From Deinococcus radiodurans R1 = ATCC 13939 = DSM 20539 (GTDB lineage Bacteria > Deinococcota > Deinococci > Deinococcales > Deinococcaceae), in NCBI RefSeq assembly GCF_000008565.1, contig NC_001263.1, positions 2,323,347 to 2,355,346 on the forward strand: 32,000 nt of DNA, given 5' to 3'. This document shows positions 18,750-27,052 of this stretch, piece by piece (the first letter of the stretch is position 1; every line of letters starts with the position of its first letter). The position numbers were made by a program, and so were the translations under genes. The notes below the pieces were generated by a model, which saw only the letters and a list, made by a program, of their open reading frames with translations, was not told where the DNA came from and searched no databases.

Positions 18750-18766
18750 CAAACAACCTGCGCGGT

Positions 18767-19249
18767 TTAGCGGCGGTTGGGGTCGTTGTTGGTGGTGGTC
18801 GTGCCGGTCACGACGGTGGTGTCGCGGCGGGGCTCAGTGGTCGTGGTGTGCACGACGGGGGTGGGCTGAGGACGGCCACGGTTCATCAGACCGGCGAGGC
18901 CCAGCAGACCCAGCAGGCCCCAGGGGAAGCCGGCGGGTTCCTTCTCGTTGCCGGGAACGCCGTCCGCTTCGGTGCTGGTGGTCACGGCGTCGTTCTGCAC
19001 GTTGGTGTCGGTGGTGTCCGTGCTGGTGGTATCGGTGGTGGTGCTGGTATCGGTCGTGGTGCCGCTGGTATCCGTACCGGTGGTGTCAGTGCCGGTCGTA
19101 TCGGTAGTGCCGGTGCCGGTGGTGTCGGTAGTGCCGGTGCCGGTGGTGTCGGTCGTGGTGGTGCTGGTATCGGTGGTGGTGGTGCCCGTGTCTTGGGCGT
19201 AGGCGACGGAACCGAGCAGGATGGTCAAAGCGAGGATAGACTTTTTCAT
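18767..19249 (-). CDS. Secreted/anchored Thr-Asp-Gly-rich low-complexity repeat protein
   Basis: ATG 19249 with GGAGA upstream. Signal peptide MKKSILALTILLGSVAYAQ. Long (T/D/G/S)n region. Hydrophobic WGLLGLLGLAGLM followed by NRGR. Thr-rich tail. Confidence 0.7.
   Translation of the reverse strand: MKKSILALTILLGSVAYAQDTGTTTTDTSTTTTDTTGTGTTDTTGTGTTDTTGTDTTGTDTSGTTTDTSTTTDTTSTDTTDTNVQNDAVTTSTEADGVPGNEKEPAGFPWGLLGLLGLAGLMNRGRPQPTPVVHTTTTEPRRDTTVVTGTTTTNNDPNRR
19101..19148 (-). repeat. Perfect 24-bp in-frame tandem repeat x2 inside the Thr/Asp-rich gene
   Basis: TCGGTAGTGCCGGTGCCGGTGGTG at 19101-19124 and 19125-19148, flanked by degenerate copies (GTGTTDTT units). Confidence 0.9.
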
Positions 19250-19433
19250 GGTGATCTCCTTATCAGGTTGATGTGTTGTGAGTTCCAGTGGAAAGCCCAC
19301 GCCTGAAGTTTCTGAAGTGTGACAACTGATACAGGAGCTTGAATGAGCCTCCCTGTAAGGAAGCTTTATCTGACGGCAAAATTAGCGGTGGGCCGTCCAG
19401 AGCTTTTCTTTACCCTGAGGGTGCGGGGCGCGT

Positions 19434-20351
19434 TCAGGCGCCGGGCGGCAGCAGGGTCAGCAGCGTAATTTCCGGCTCGCAGAGGTTGCGGACTGGCAAC
19501 CCGCTCATGCCCAGGCCCCGGCTGACATAAGCGGGGATGCCCTGCGGCCCCCGGACCCAGCCCATCGTGAAGCGGGGGTCGGCGGGCACTTTCAGCGCGC
19601 CCAGCAGCGGCAACCGAACCTGTCCGCCGTGGGTGTGACCGCTGAGGACCAGCCCCGGCGCCGAGCGCAGCCGCAGCAGCACGTCCGGGTTGTGCGCGAG
19701 CAGCACGGTGGCCCGCGTGCCCGACCCGCGCAGCGCCGCCACGGAGTCCGCCTCGCCCATCCGCAGGTCGTCCACGCCACCCAGCCACAGGTCGTCGCGC
19801 AGGGACCGGCCTTCGTTGAGCAGCACGGTGACGCCCTGCCCGGCGAGCCCCGCACGCAGGGCGTCACGGCGCGCCGCCCAGTCCGCGCGGGACGCCTCTG
19901 GGCTCTGAGAAATGCTGCGGCCAAAGCTGCCGTAATCGTGGTTGCCCCACACCGCGTAGACGCCGAGCGGTGCCCGCAGGCGACCGAGTTCGGCGAGCAG
20001 GGCCGCCGTCTGCTGGGGACGCGCCGCCGCGTCGAAGTGGCTGTCCACCAGATCACCGCCGAGCAGAATCAGGTCGGGGCACTCGGCCAGCGTCGCGTCC
20101 ACCCAGCGCCGCACGCTGCCTGCGCCGATATAGAGGCCGTAGTGCAGGTCGGTCAGCAGGGCGAGACGCACGGGCCGCGTTAGGCCCACCAGATTCCACT
20201 GCTCGTGCGTGACACCGAAGCGGTAGCCCTGGGCCACGGCGCTCACACCCAGTCCTCCGGCCAGCGCCCCGCCACCGACGAGCCAGCGCAGCAGGGCGCG
20301 GCGCTGGGGGTCGTGAGGCACAGGGGCAGGGTCAGGCGAAACAACGGACAT
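19434..20351 (-). CDS. Metallophosphoesterase with Tat-like/TM N-terminus (YkuE-type)
   Basis: [56 protein letters not shown] (rc of 20358-20363) lies 6 nt before the ATG. Confidence 0.8.
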
Positions 20352-20417
20352 GGCCTGACCCTAACAAGCCGGGGCCGGGCCAACGTCCGCCAGAAGGTGG
20401 AGAAGCTGGGGGGAGGG

Positions 20418-21632
20418 TCAGGCGATCACGCCGAGGTCGCGTCCCACCTGCTGATAGGCGCTCAGGGCCTGTTCCAGATCATCGCGGGTGTGCTCGGCGG
20501 TCACGATGTTGCGGATGCGGGCGAGGTCGCGCGGCACGGTGGGAAAGCCCAGCCCGACGGCGAAGATGCCCAGGTCGAACAGGCGGCGGCTGGCCTCGAA
20601 CGCCGCGCTCGCCTCCCCGAAGACGACGGGGGTAATCGGCGTGACGCTGCCCAGGGTGTCGAAGCCCAGGCGGCCCAGCTCGGCCTTGAAAAAGCGGGTG
20701 TTGTCCCACAGCCGCTCCATCAAACTGGGGTCGCGTTGCACCTCGTCGAGGGCCGCCGCCAGCGCGCCCACCACTGCCGGGGGCTGCGCGGTGGAAAAGA
20801 GGTAGGGCCGGGCGCGGTTGATCAGCAGTTCGCGCAGGTCGGGGTGTCCCGCCGCGTAGCCGCCCACGCCGCCCCAGGCCTTGGAGAGGGTGCCCACCTG
20901 AATCACGTCGTCGGCGTACTCGAAGCCGAAGTGGTGCACCGTGCCGCGCCCCGCCTCGCCCATCACGCCTGAGCCGTGGGCGTCGTCCACGTAAGTGACG
21001 GCGCCGTAACGGCGGGCAACTTCCACCAGCTTGTCGAGCGGAGCCACGTCGCCGTCCATGCTGAACACGCCGTCGGTGACGACGAGTTTCAGGCCCTCGC
21101 TGGGATTTTCGCGCAGCACCCGGTCGAGGTCGGCGGGGTCGGCGTGCTTGTAGATTTTCTTGGTCGCCTTCGTCAGCCGCAGCCCGTCGATGATGCTGGC
21201 GTGGTTGAGTTCGTCGCTCACCACGAGGTCGCCCTCGCGCAGCAGGCCGCCGAGCACCCCCTGGTTGGTGGAAAAGCCGCTGTGCAGCACCAGCGCGCTG
21301 CCGGTGTGCTTGAAGTCCGCAAGTTGGCGCTCAAAGTCCTCGTGAATCCGCAGCGTCCCGGCGATGGTCCGCACCGCTCCGGCGCCCACGCCCCACTGCT
21401 GGAGGTACTGCGCGGCGCGTTCCTTGAGGCGGGGGTGGTCGGCAAAACCCAGATAATTGTTGCTCGCCAGGTTCACGACCTCGCGCCCGTCTACCCGCGT
21501 GCGGGCCCGTTGCGGCGCGTCGAGAACACGCGGTGAAATCAGCAGGCCGCTTTCGCGCAGGCCGGCGAGGTCCTGCCGGAGCCGTTCGCTCAGGCTGACG
21601 CCCGAAGCGGGTACGTCTGTCGTGGTGGTCAT
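20418..21632 (-). CDS. kbl: Glycine C-acetyltransferase (2-amino-3-ketobutyrate CoA ligase); 8-amino-7-oxononanoate synthase family
   Basis: ATG 21632 (MTTTTDVPAS...). SNNYLGF, VRTIAGT, SDELNHASIIDGLRL, DGVFSMDGD, DDAHG, PLP-Lys TLSKAWGG. The C-terminus ...RDLGVIA closely parallels E. coli Kbl as I recall it. TAGACT (rc of 21640-21645) lies 7 nt before the ATG. Confidence 0.8.
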   Translation of the reverse strand: MTTTTDVPASGVSLSERLRQDLAGLRESGLLISPRVLDAPQRARTRVDGREVVNLASNNYLGFADHPRLKERAAQYLQQWGVGAGAVRTIAGTLRIHEDFERQLADFKHTGSALVLHSGFSTNQGVLGGLLREGDLVVSDELNHASIIDGLRLTKATKKIYKHADPADLDRVLRENPSEGLKLVVTDGVFSMDGDVAPLDKLVEVARRYGAVTYVDDAHGSGVMGEAGRGTVHHFGFEYADDVIQVGTLSKAWGGVGGYAAGHPDLRELLINRARPYLFSTAQPPAVVGALAAALDEVQRDPSLMERLWDNTRFFKAELGRLGFDTLGSVTPITPVVFGEASAAFEASRRLFDLGIFAVGLGFPTVPRDLARIRNIVTAEHTRDDLEQALSAYQQVGRDLGVIA

Positions 21633-21884
21633 GCCGGGCAGTCTAGACGTTTCCTTTCCCTGAGTCGGGGTTATAAATCGCCCAGACTCCAACCTCCCCC
21701 AGTCGGGCGCCCCCGTGTGACGGCTGTGACAGAGGCCCTCCCCGTATACTTTGCAACGTTAAGTTTTTCTGAGGGTCGGCCCGGACCCGCCCACTCGCCC
21801 CAGCCCCGGAAAAACCCTGGTTGCCCTCCCCGCCGCACGTCTCTTTTGCCGCTCGCCGTCTCCCTGACCGAGGTCTTTGTTGCT

Positions 21885-22715
21885 ATGCCCAATGCCGTTT
21901 ACACCCTGAGTCTTCAGGCCCTGGCCCGGAGCGTGTCCGAACGGGGCGCCGACGCCCTGCTGACGGCAGCGCTGCGCGAACGCCAGCTCTCGCCCGAAGA
22001 CGTGACCGCCGCCCAGATGCAACTGGTGCTGGCCGGTCCACTCGTGCACCGCCTGAGCACCATCCTGTCGCCGGAGCAGGCCCGCGCCGAGCTGAGCGCC
22101 CTGTCCACGCAACTCGACAGCAGTTTTTCCAGCACGCCCACCCTGTTTACCGACGTGGGCACCCTGAACGACTGGGACACCGGCCCCGCCGTGAGCGAGT
22201 GGACCGGCGAAGGCGACCTGCGCGGCGGGAACTCCGGGGTAACAGCGACCCGTGAAGCTGCCACCCAGGACACTGCCATCCAAGACACTGGCAGCGCAGT
22301 GGCAACCGACCCCGCACCCGACCACCTCGGCGCCGACGACTTCGAGTTCGACGACCCCGAGTACGCCGCCGCGCCGAGCACCCGCCACTACGCCCTGAAC
22401 GGCGAGGCGGGGCAAGACGCCCTGATTCGTGACCTGGGCCGGATGCCGGGGGTGCTGGGCGTGATGGTCACGCGGGAAAACGGCGAGGTGCTGCGGGTCA
22501 AGGCGCTGCGCGACGTGACGCAGCTCGGCAGCGTGATGGCCGCCACCGGCCTGCTGCTGCGCCAGCGCGGGCTCAAGCTGCTCGCAGCGGACCTGGGCCA
22601 GCAGACGGTGTGCATGCGGCCCCTGGGCCCGTACTCGGTGGCGGTCATCGCCGGGCCGCAGGTCAACGTGGGGCGGCTGCTGACCGAGTTGCAGCAACTG
22701 GAGGCGAGCGGGTGA
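21885..22715 (+). CDS. Hypothetical protein; C-terminal Roadblock/LC7-like domain (by-eye call)
   Basis: ATG 21885 with GAGG 11 nt upstream. Helical N-domain, acidic linker, then ALIRDLGRMPGVLGVMVTRENGEVLRVKAL..LGSVMAATGLLL..VCMRPLGPYSVAVIAGPQVNVGRLLTEL. Confidence 0.6.
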   Translation: MPNAVYTLSLQALARSVSERGADALLTAALRERQLSPEDVTAAQMQLVLAGPLVHRLSTILSPEQARAELSALSTQLDSSFSSTPTLFTDVGTLNDWDTGPAVSEWTGEGDLRGGNSGVTATREAATQDTAIQDTGSAVATDPAPDHLGADDFEFDDPEYAAAPSTRHYALNGEAGQDALIRDLGRMPGVLGVMVTRENGEVLRVKALRDVTQLGSVMAATGLLLRQRGLKLLAADLGQQTVCMRPLGPYSVAVIAGPQVNVGRLLTELQQLEASG

Positions 22716-24391
22716 GGGCCAGCTTGGCGCTGCTGCTGGGGCTGCTCGTCAGCAGCGCGGCGGCCCAGGACCTGACCGCCTACCGCACGCTGGCCTACTC
22801 GCTCGACCGCGCGGCGGCGCAGGTGGGGAGCGACCGTGAAGCGGCGCGGGCCGAGCTGGGCCGGGCCGAAACGGCGCTCACGGCCCTGGCCCCCACCCTG
22901 CCCGGCGGGGAAGGGGGAACGCTGGCGAGCAACCTCCGCACGACCGTGGCGCGGGCGCAGTCGGCCCTGAGCCGCACGCCCGCCGAGGTGCAGGCCAACG
23001 TGCTGCTCACGCGCGGGCTGCTGCGGCGCGCCCTGTACGACCAAGCCCTCGGCACCTTGCCGCCGCAACCGGGAGCCGCCAACGACAGCGCCGCGCTGCG
23101 CTTGCTGGGCCGCGAACTGGGATTGCAGGGCGAGGAGCTGGCGTCGCTGAGCTTGCAAGCCCGCCTCGGCCAGCGAGGCGCCGTGCAGTGGCGGGTGCAG
23201 CGGGTGGCGGCGAACAAAGTGCTGGCTGCGCTCCAGGCCACCGGCACTGCCCAGCCACGCACCACTAATTACCTCTCGCTGACGCGGGCGTCGAGCTGGT
23301 TTGCCCTGGTCCGCGAACCCGGACGCGAGGCCACGCCGCCGCTGGGCGTGCCGCAGTTCGAGCAGGCCTTGCAACAGGTCAGCAGCGGCGACCAGACCGG
23401 ACTGGCCGAGTCCCTGACGAATCTGCAAGCCGGCGCGACCGACCTGAACCAGCGGCTGGCAGCGCATCCTCCCGCCGCTGCTCCGGCAACTTCCGGTGCG
23501 CCCGCGTCGCCGGACACGACGATCATCCCAGACCCGGCGACCGCCACGACGGACCCTGGCACCAGCGACGGCGGCGACCTTACCCCTGGCGTGACCGAGC
23601 AGATGCCACCCGCAGCCACTGAGCCGGCGGCCCCCGCCCCGGCAGCGGTCAGCACGCCCGTTCAGACTCTCGACGCTGTCTACGCCGCGCTCGCCCGCGC
23701 CCTGACGGCCAGCGGGCACGGCGACCCGGCGCAGGCGCGGACCACGCTGGCGCAGGTCACGCCGCTGCTCGGCGAGTTACCCCCAGCGGTGCGGTCAGCT
23801 CCCGCCTTCGAGCCGTTCGGACGCGACTTGCAGACCCTGCAACAGCGCAGCGGCCTGCGGCCCGACGACATTCAAGCCCTAATCGCCACGCTGGGCAGCG
23901 CCGAGCAGCAGGCGGCGGGGCAAGCTGTAGCGGGCAGCGACGGCTTCTCGGCGGGCGTGGCGCGCTCGCTGGGCGGCGGGGTGCGGGCACTGCTGGGGCT
24001 GGCGCTGGCGGCGCTGTGCCTGCTGCCGCTCTACCTGCTGCGCTTCGCCTTTGGGGGCAGCAACGTGTACTGGCGCTCCATCTGGGCGGGGCTGCTGACC
24101 GCGCTGCTGCCGCTGCTCTTTGAAGGGCTGTTTGGGCTGCTGGGCTGGCTCGGCGACCTGCTCGACCTGCCGCTGCTGCGCGGGGCCGTCAACCTGACCC
24201 TGTCGCAGGGGGCAGGTGGGCTGCTGGTGCGCGGGCTGCTCAGCGCCGCTGGGCTGGCCCTGCTCGCCTACGGGTTCCGGGGGCTGTGCCAGCAGTTCGG
24301 GCTGCTGGGGCGCCGCGTGGCCGCCGTCCCGACCTCCCGCCCGCCGAGCCGCTACACCCAGGCCGACATGGACTGGGACGAGGAACTCTGA
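22712..24391 (+). CDS. Hypothetical exported/multi-pass membrane protein
   Basis: GTG 22712 overlaps the upstream TGA (GTGA). Signal peptide VRASLALLLGLLVSSAAAQD. Two helical Ala/Leu/Arg-rich regions around a Pro/Thr/Ala linker. About 4 C-terminal hydrophobic helices. Acidic tail DMDWDEEL. Confidence 0.6.
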   Translation: MRASLALLLGLLVSSAAAQDLTAYRTLAYSLDRAAAQVGSDREAARAELGRAETALTALAPTLPGGEGGTLASNLRTTVARAQSALSRTPAEVQANVLLTRGLLRRALYDQALGTLPPQPGAANDSAALRLLGRELGLQGEELASLSLQARLGQRGAVQWRVQRVAANKVLAALQATGTAQPRTTNYLSLTRASSWFALVREPGREATPPLGVPQFEQALQQVSSGDQTGLAESLTNLQAGATDLNQRLAAHPPAAAPATSGAPASPDTTIIPDPATATTDPGTSDGGDLTPGVTEQMPPAATEPAAPAPAAVSTPVQTLDAVYAALARALTASGHGDPAQARTTLAQVTPLLGELPPAVRSAPAFEPFGRDLQTLQQRSGLRPDDIQALIATLGSAEQQAAGQAVAGSDGFSAGVARSLGGGVRALLGLALAALCLLPLYLLRFAFGGSNVYWRSIWAGLLTALLPLLFEGLFGLLGWLGDLLDLPLLRGAVNLTLSQGAGGLLVRGLLSAAGLALLAYGFRGLCQQFGLLGRRVAAVPTSRPPSRYTQADMDWDEEL

Positions 24392-24471
24392 ATGGCTGAT
24401 CTGCTTTCTTTCTGCTGCTCGCCCGACTGCCGGGGCGCGGCTCACGCTGCCCGGGGCCTTTTTCTGACAGG

Positions 24472-25332
24472 ATGGACCGCATGACGGCCACCACCCCGCC
24501 CCACAAGCTGCCGGTCCGGATGCTCGGCGACCTGGTGTCGGCCCGCTCGCTCGAGAAGGTGCTGCAAGACGCTGCCCTTGCCCGGGGCGTCACCGTCGAG
24601 CAGCTCTGGCCCTCGGCGCTGGCGGACGTGCTCAAGCACGACGTGTACCGCCGCTTGTTGCTCGGCGTCTCCCCCATGCTCGCCAAAAAGCGCATCCTCG
24701 ACGTGCTGAACGAGCTCGACAAGCTCCCCAGCGAGTCGCTGCCGCCCGCTGGCCTGAGCCCGGTGAGTGAACTCGAAGACGCGTCACGCCGCTTTACCCT
24801 GTATTTCGACTGGCCCGAGACCCAGCGCCTGCGCGGCGTGCTCGGCACCGCCCGCACTGAGAGCGAGGCGGGGCGCAACGTCTCGGCGCTGGTGCAGGAA
24901 GGGCAGACGCTCATCGGCCAGATGGAGCGGCGGCTGCAAGAAGGGCTGGTGCAGCAGGAACAGGAACTCGCCGAGCTGCGCGACGTGTTTGGCCGGGTGC
25001 AGCCGCTCGGCGGTAAGGACGTGCGGCGCCTGGAGAGCCTCATCGGGCAACTCGAGGAGGCCCAGAAGCAGGGCACGCTGCTGCCCGCCGAACTCGAACG
25101 CGCCCGCAACCTGTCGTTCAAGCTGCGCCGCAGCCTGGAAAGCAGCGTGATGCAGAGCGCGGGCGAGGCGCCCGCCGTTGACGCCCAGGCGCGGGTGCAG
25201 GCGCTCGAGCAGGAAGAAGTGACGCGTAAGCTGATCGCCCTGCAACGCGACTACGCGCCGCTGTGCGCGCCCGGCCCGAGCTCGAGCGGCAGCAGGACGA
25301 GTACCGGGTGCGCCAGTCCACCGGGCGCCTGA
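24472..25332 (+). CDS. Hypothetical coiled-coil protein, 5' segment (probably one gene with 25263..26564, frame broken near 25230-25265)
   Basis: MDRMTATTPPHKLPVRMLGDLVSARSLEKVLQDAALARG.... Glu/Leu/Arg/Gln-rich heptad-like sequence. The last about 23 residues (CAPGPSSSGSRTSTGCASPPGA) look like out-of-frame read-through. Confidence 0.55.
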   Translation: MDRMTATTPPHKLPVRMLGDLVSARSLEKVLQDAALARGVTVEQLWPSALADVLKHDVYRRLLLGVSPMLAKKRILDVLNELDKLPSESLPPAGLSPVSELEDASRRFTLYFDWPETQRLRGVLGTARTESEAGRNVSALVQEGQTLIGQMERRLQEGLVQQEQELAELRDVFGRVQPLGGKDVRRLESLIGQLEEAQKQGTLLPAELERARNLSFKLRRSLESSVMQSAGEAPAVDAQARVQALEQEEVTRKLIALQRDYAPLCAPGPSSSGSRTSTGCASPPGA

Positions 25333-26564
25333 GCGAGACGGCAGTGGACGCCTGGCGCGAGACACTCGAAGCGGCGCGCCAGCAGACCTTGCAGGCGCAG
25401 CGCGAGGAACTGGCCGAGCTCGCCGAACAGCTCGGGCAGCAGGTGGACGGGCAGGCGCTCAACGACGCCCGCGTGGCGCTCGACGTGGCCCGCATGACCC
25501 TGCAAGGCGGCGGCCTGGCGACCGAGGAACTGCGCGAGCTGCGCGCGGTGGCGCAGGCGCTGACGCACTCGCCCGAACTCGCCGAGCGCATTCTGGAAGG
25601 CCAGCGCGAACTCGCCGAACTGGAGCGCAGCGCCCGCGACGTGCCCGGCGCGGCGGCGGCCCTGGCGGTGGCCCTGACCGGAGCCCGGCAGGCCATCGAG
25701 CGCGGCGAAGCCTACGACCTGGCCCCGCTGTGGGCGACGCTGGAGCGTCAGATGAGCCAGGCGGCGGCGCAGCGCCAGGACTTCGACGCCCGCGCCGACT
25801 TCGTGATTGCCGAGTACGACGAGGTGCGCGGCCTGGCCGGCGAGACGATTCAGCGCCTGGGCCGCCTCGCCGACGCCCTGCGTGCTCAGCGCCGCCTCGG
25901 GCCGATGAGCGCCGACGCCCGCGAGCGCTACGCCCAGACGCTCGACGGTGCCGAGGCCCTGCTCGGTGAAGCCCGCGCCGAGTACGAGGCCGCGCAGAAA
26001 GTCACCGCCACCTTCGGCGAGGACGCGCTCGACAACCTGCTCGACGTGTTCGACTTCGGCGGCGAAAGCCTCGACGATGCGCCCGGTGGCAGTGGCTTGT
26101 TCGGAGGTGCGCTGGCCCCGACGAGCAGCGTGGATGAGCCGCTGGCCCCGACGAGCAGCGTGGATGAGCCGCTGGCCCCCGCCAAGCCTGCGGAGCCGGC
26201 CAGCAGCGACCCCTTCGCCGCCCTGCTGGGCCTGAGCACCGGAGCCTCGGCGTCTGCCGCTCAGCCAGCCAGCGTTCCCGACGCGGCGTCTTCCCTGAGC
26301 CTTCCCGCCGGGGCCCGCGCCGACATCTGGCAGGTGCGCGGCAGTGCCGTCGTGGCCGGGCCCGAGGACGGGGCGGCGCAGGGCGTGGCGGCGCTACTCG
26401 CCCAGGCCGATGCGCTGGGACTGTACCGCCTCGACATGGGCGACGACGCGCACGTCTGGTCGGCCCGCGCCGCGGGTGAGGGCGAGTGGCGACTGGCCCG
26501 CGCCGCCGACTGGGACAGCCTCGACGACGACGCCGGCCCCTGGCTCGACACGGGCGAGCTCTGA
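25263..26564 (+). CDS. Hypothetical coiled-coil protein, 3' segment with acidic tail and compact C-terminal domain
   Basis: From GTG 25263: RARPELERQQDEYRVRQ... continues the coiled coil of the upstream segment in the -1 frame. This frame has a stop at 25227-25229. The gene's stop codon (26562-26564) lies 2 nt before the tsaE GTG. Confidence 0.55.
   Translation: MRARPELERQQDEYRVRQSTGRLSETAVDAWRETLEAARQQTLQAQREELAELAEQLGQQVDGQALNDARVALDVARMTLQGGGLATEELRELRAVAQALTHSPELAERILEGQRELAELERSARDVPGAAAALAVALTGARQAIERGEAYDLAPLWATLERQMSQAAAQRQDFDARADFVIAEYDEVRGLAGETIQRLGRLADALRAQRRLGPMSADARERYAQTLDGAEALLGEARAEYEAAQKVTATFGEDALDNLLDVFDFGGESLDDAPGGSGLFGGALAPTSSVDEPLAPTSSVDEPLAPAKPAEPASSDPFAALLGLSTGASASAAQPASVPDAASSLSLPAGARADIWQVRGSAVVAGPEDGAAQGVAALLAQADALGLYRLDMGDDAHVWSARAAGEGEWRLARAADWDSLDDDAGPWLDTGEL
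26111..26179 (+). repeat. Perfect 30-bp in-frame tandem repeat, 2.3 copies (LAPTSSVDEP)
   Basis: GCTGGCCCCGACGAGCAGCGTGGATGAGCC at 26111-26140 and 26141-26170, then GCTGGCCCC. Confidence 0.95.
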
Positions 26565-26566
26565 GC

Positions 26567-27013
26567 GTGGCAGCCCAGGCTCTTCTCAGCGTCGGTGAGC
26601 GTCGGCTGCTGCGCGGCGTGGACGAGCAGCGGGCGCTCGGCGCGGCACTGGCACGAGCCCTCGCGCCGGGGAGCGTTCTGTTTCTGGAAGGCGAACTCGG
26701 CGCGGGCAAGACCACGCTCACCCAGGGCCTGCTCGCCGCGCTCGGGTTCGACGGCCACGTCACCAGCCCGACCTACGCGCTGATGCAGCTCTACCCTGCG
26801 TCCGCCGGACAGGTGCTGCATGTGGACGCCTACCGAGTGCGCGACGTGGCCGAGCTCTACGAGATGGACCTCGACGAACTGATTGCCGGGAGCCGCCTGA
26901 GCGTCATCGAGTGGGGCGAGGGGCTGTACGCCGATTACCCGCAGGCGCCCATCTACCTGTTTGAGCACGTGGAAGGTGACCCCGAGACGCGGCGCGTGAC
27001 CCGGCGGCGCTGA
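26567..27013 (+). CDS. tsaE: tRNA threonylcarbamoyladenosine (t6A) biosynthesis ATPase TsaE
   Basis: GTG 26567, in frame with track ORF 26486..27013. LEGELGAGKTTLTQGL, VTSPTYALMQLY, HVDAYR. Confidence 0.85.
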   Translation: MAAQALLSVGERRLLRGVDEQRALGAALARALAPGSVLFLEGELGAGKTTLTQGLLAALGFDGHVTSPTYALMQLYPASAGQVLHVDAYRVRDVAELYEMDLDELIAGSRLSVIEWGEGLYADYPQAPIYLFEHVEGDPETRRVTRRR

Positions 27014-27052
27014 CGGCGACCCCACGCCCAGAGCAGCTATACTGCTGCGGTT

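Noticed and set aside
19000-19200. CRISPR-like regular repeats
   Set aside because: The 24-bp units are contiguous with no spacers, lie in frame inside a coding region, and encode a T/D/G peptide repeat. The same applies to the 30-bp repeat at 26111-26179.
17993-19306. 437-aa plus-strand ORF
   Set aside because: It is out of frame with the MarC-family gene and antisense to the Thr-rich gene. Gly/Arg/Ala low complexity generated by the repeat DNA.
20418-21632. Calling this gene bioF because birA is nearby
   Set aside because: birA is about 4 kb away on the same (minus) strand and separated by five other genes, so they are unlikely to share an operon. The sequence, especially the C-terminus ending LGVIA and the NHASIIDG block, tracks Kbl more closely than BioF by eye. 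A family-level search would settle it.
22388-23719. 443-aa minus-strand ORF
   Set aside because: It is antisense to the hypothetical genes A and B. The plus-strand reading has a signal peptide, TM helices and start/stop coupling, so I prefer the plus strand.
24392-24471. Terminator between gene B and gene C
   Set aside because: Only about a 5-bp CCGGG/CCCGG stem before CCTTTTTCT. This is too weak to call, so B and C may be co-transcribed.
25230-25270. Programmed -1 ribosomal frameshift in the coiled-coil gene (and likewise at 16800-16817 in the Fur-like gene)
   Set aside because: There is no X-XXY-YYZ slippery heptamer and no obvious downstream pseudoknot. A 1-nt indel or sequencing compression in a GC run is simpler.
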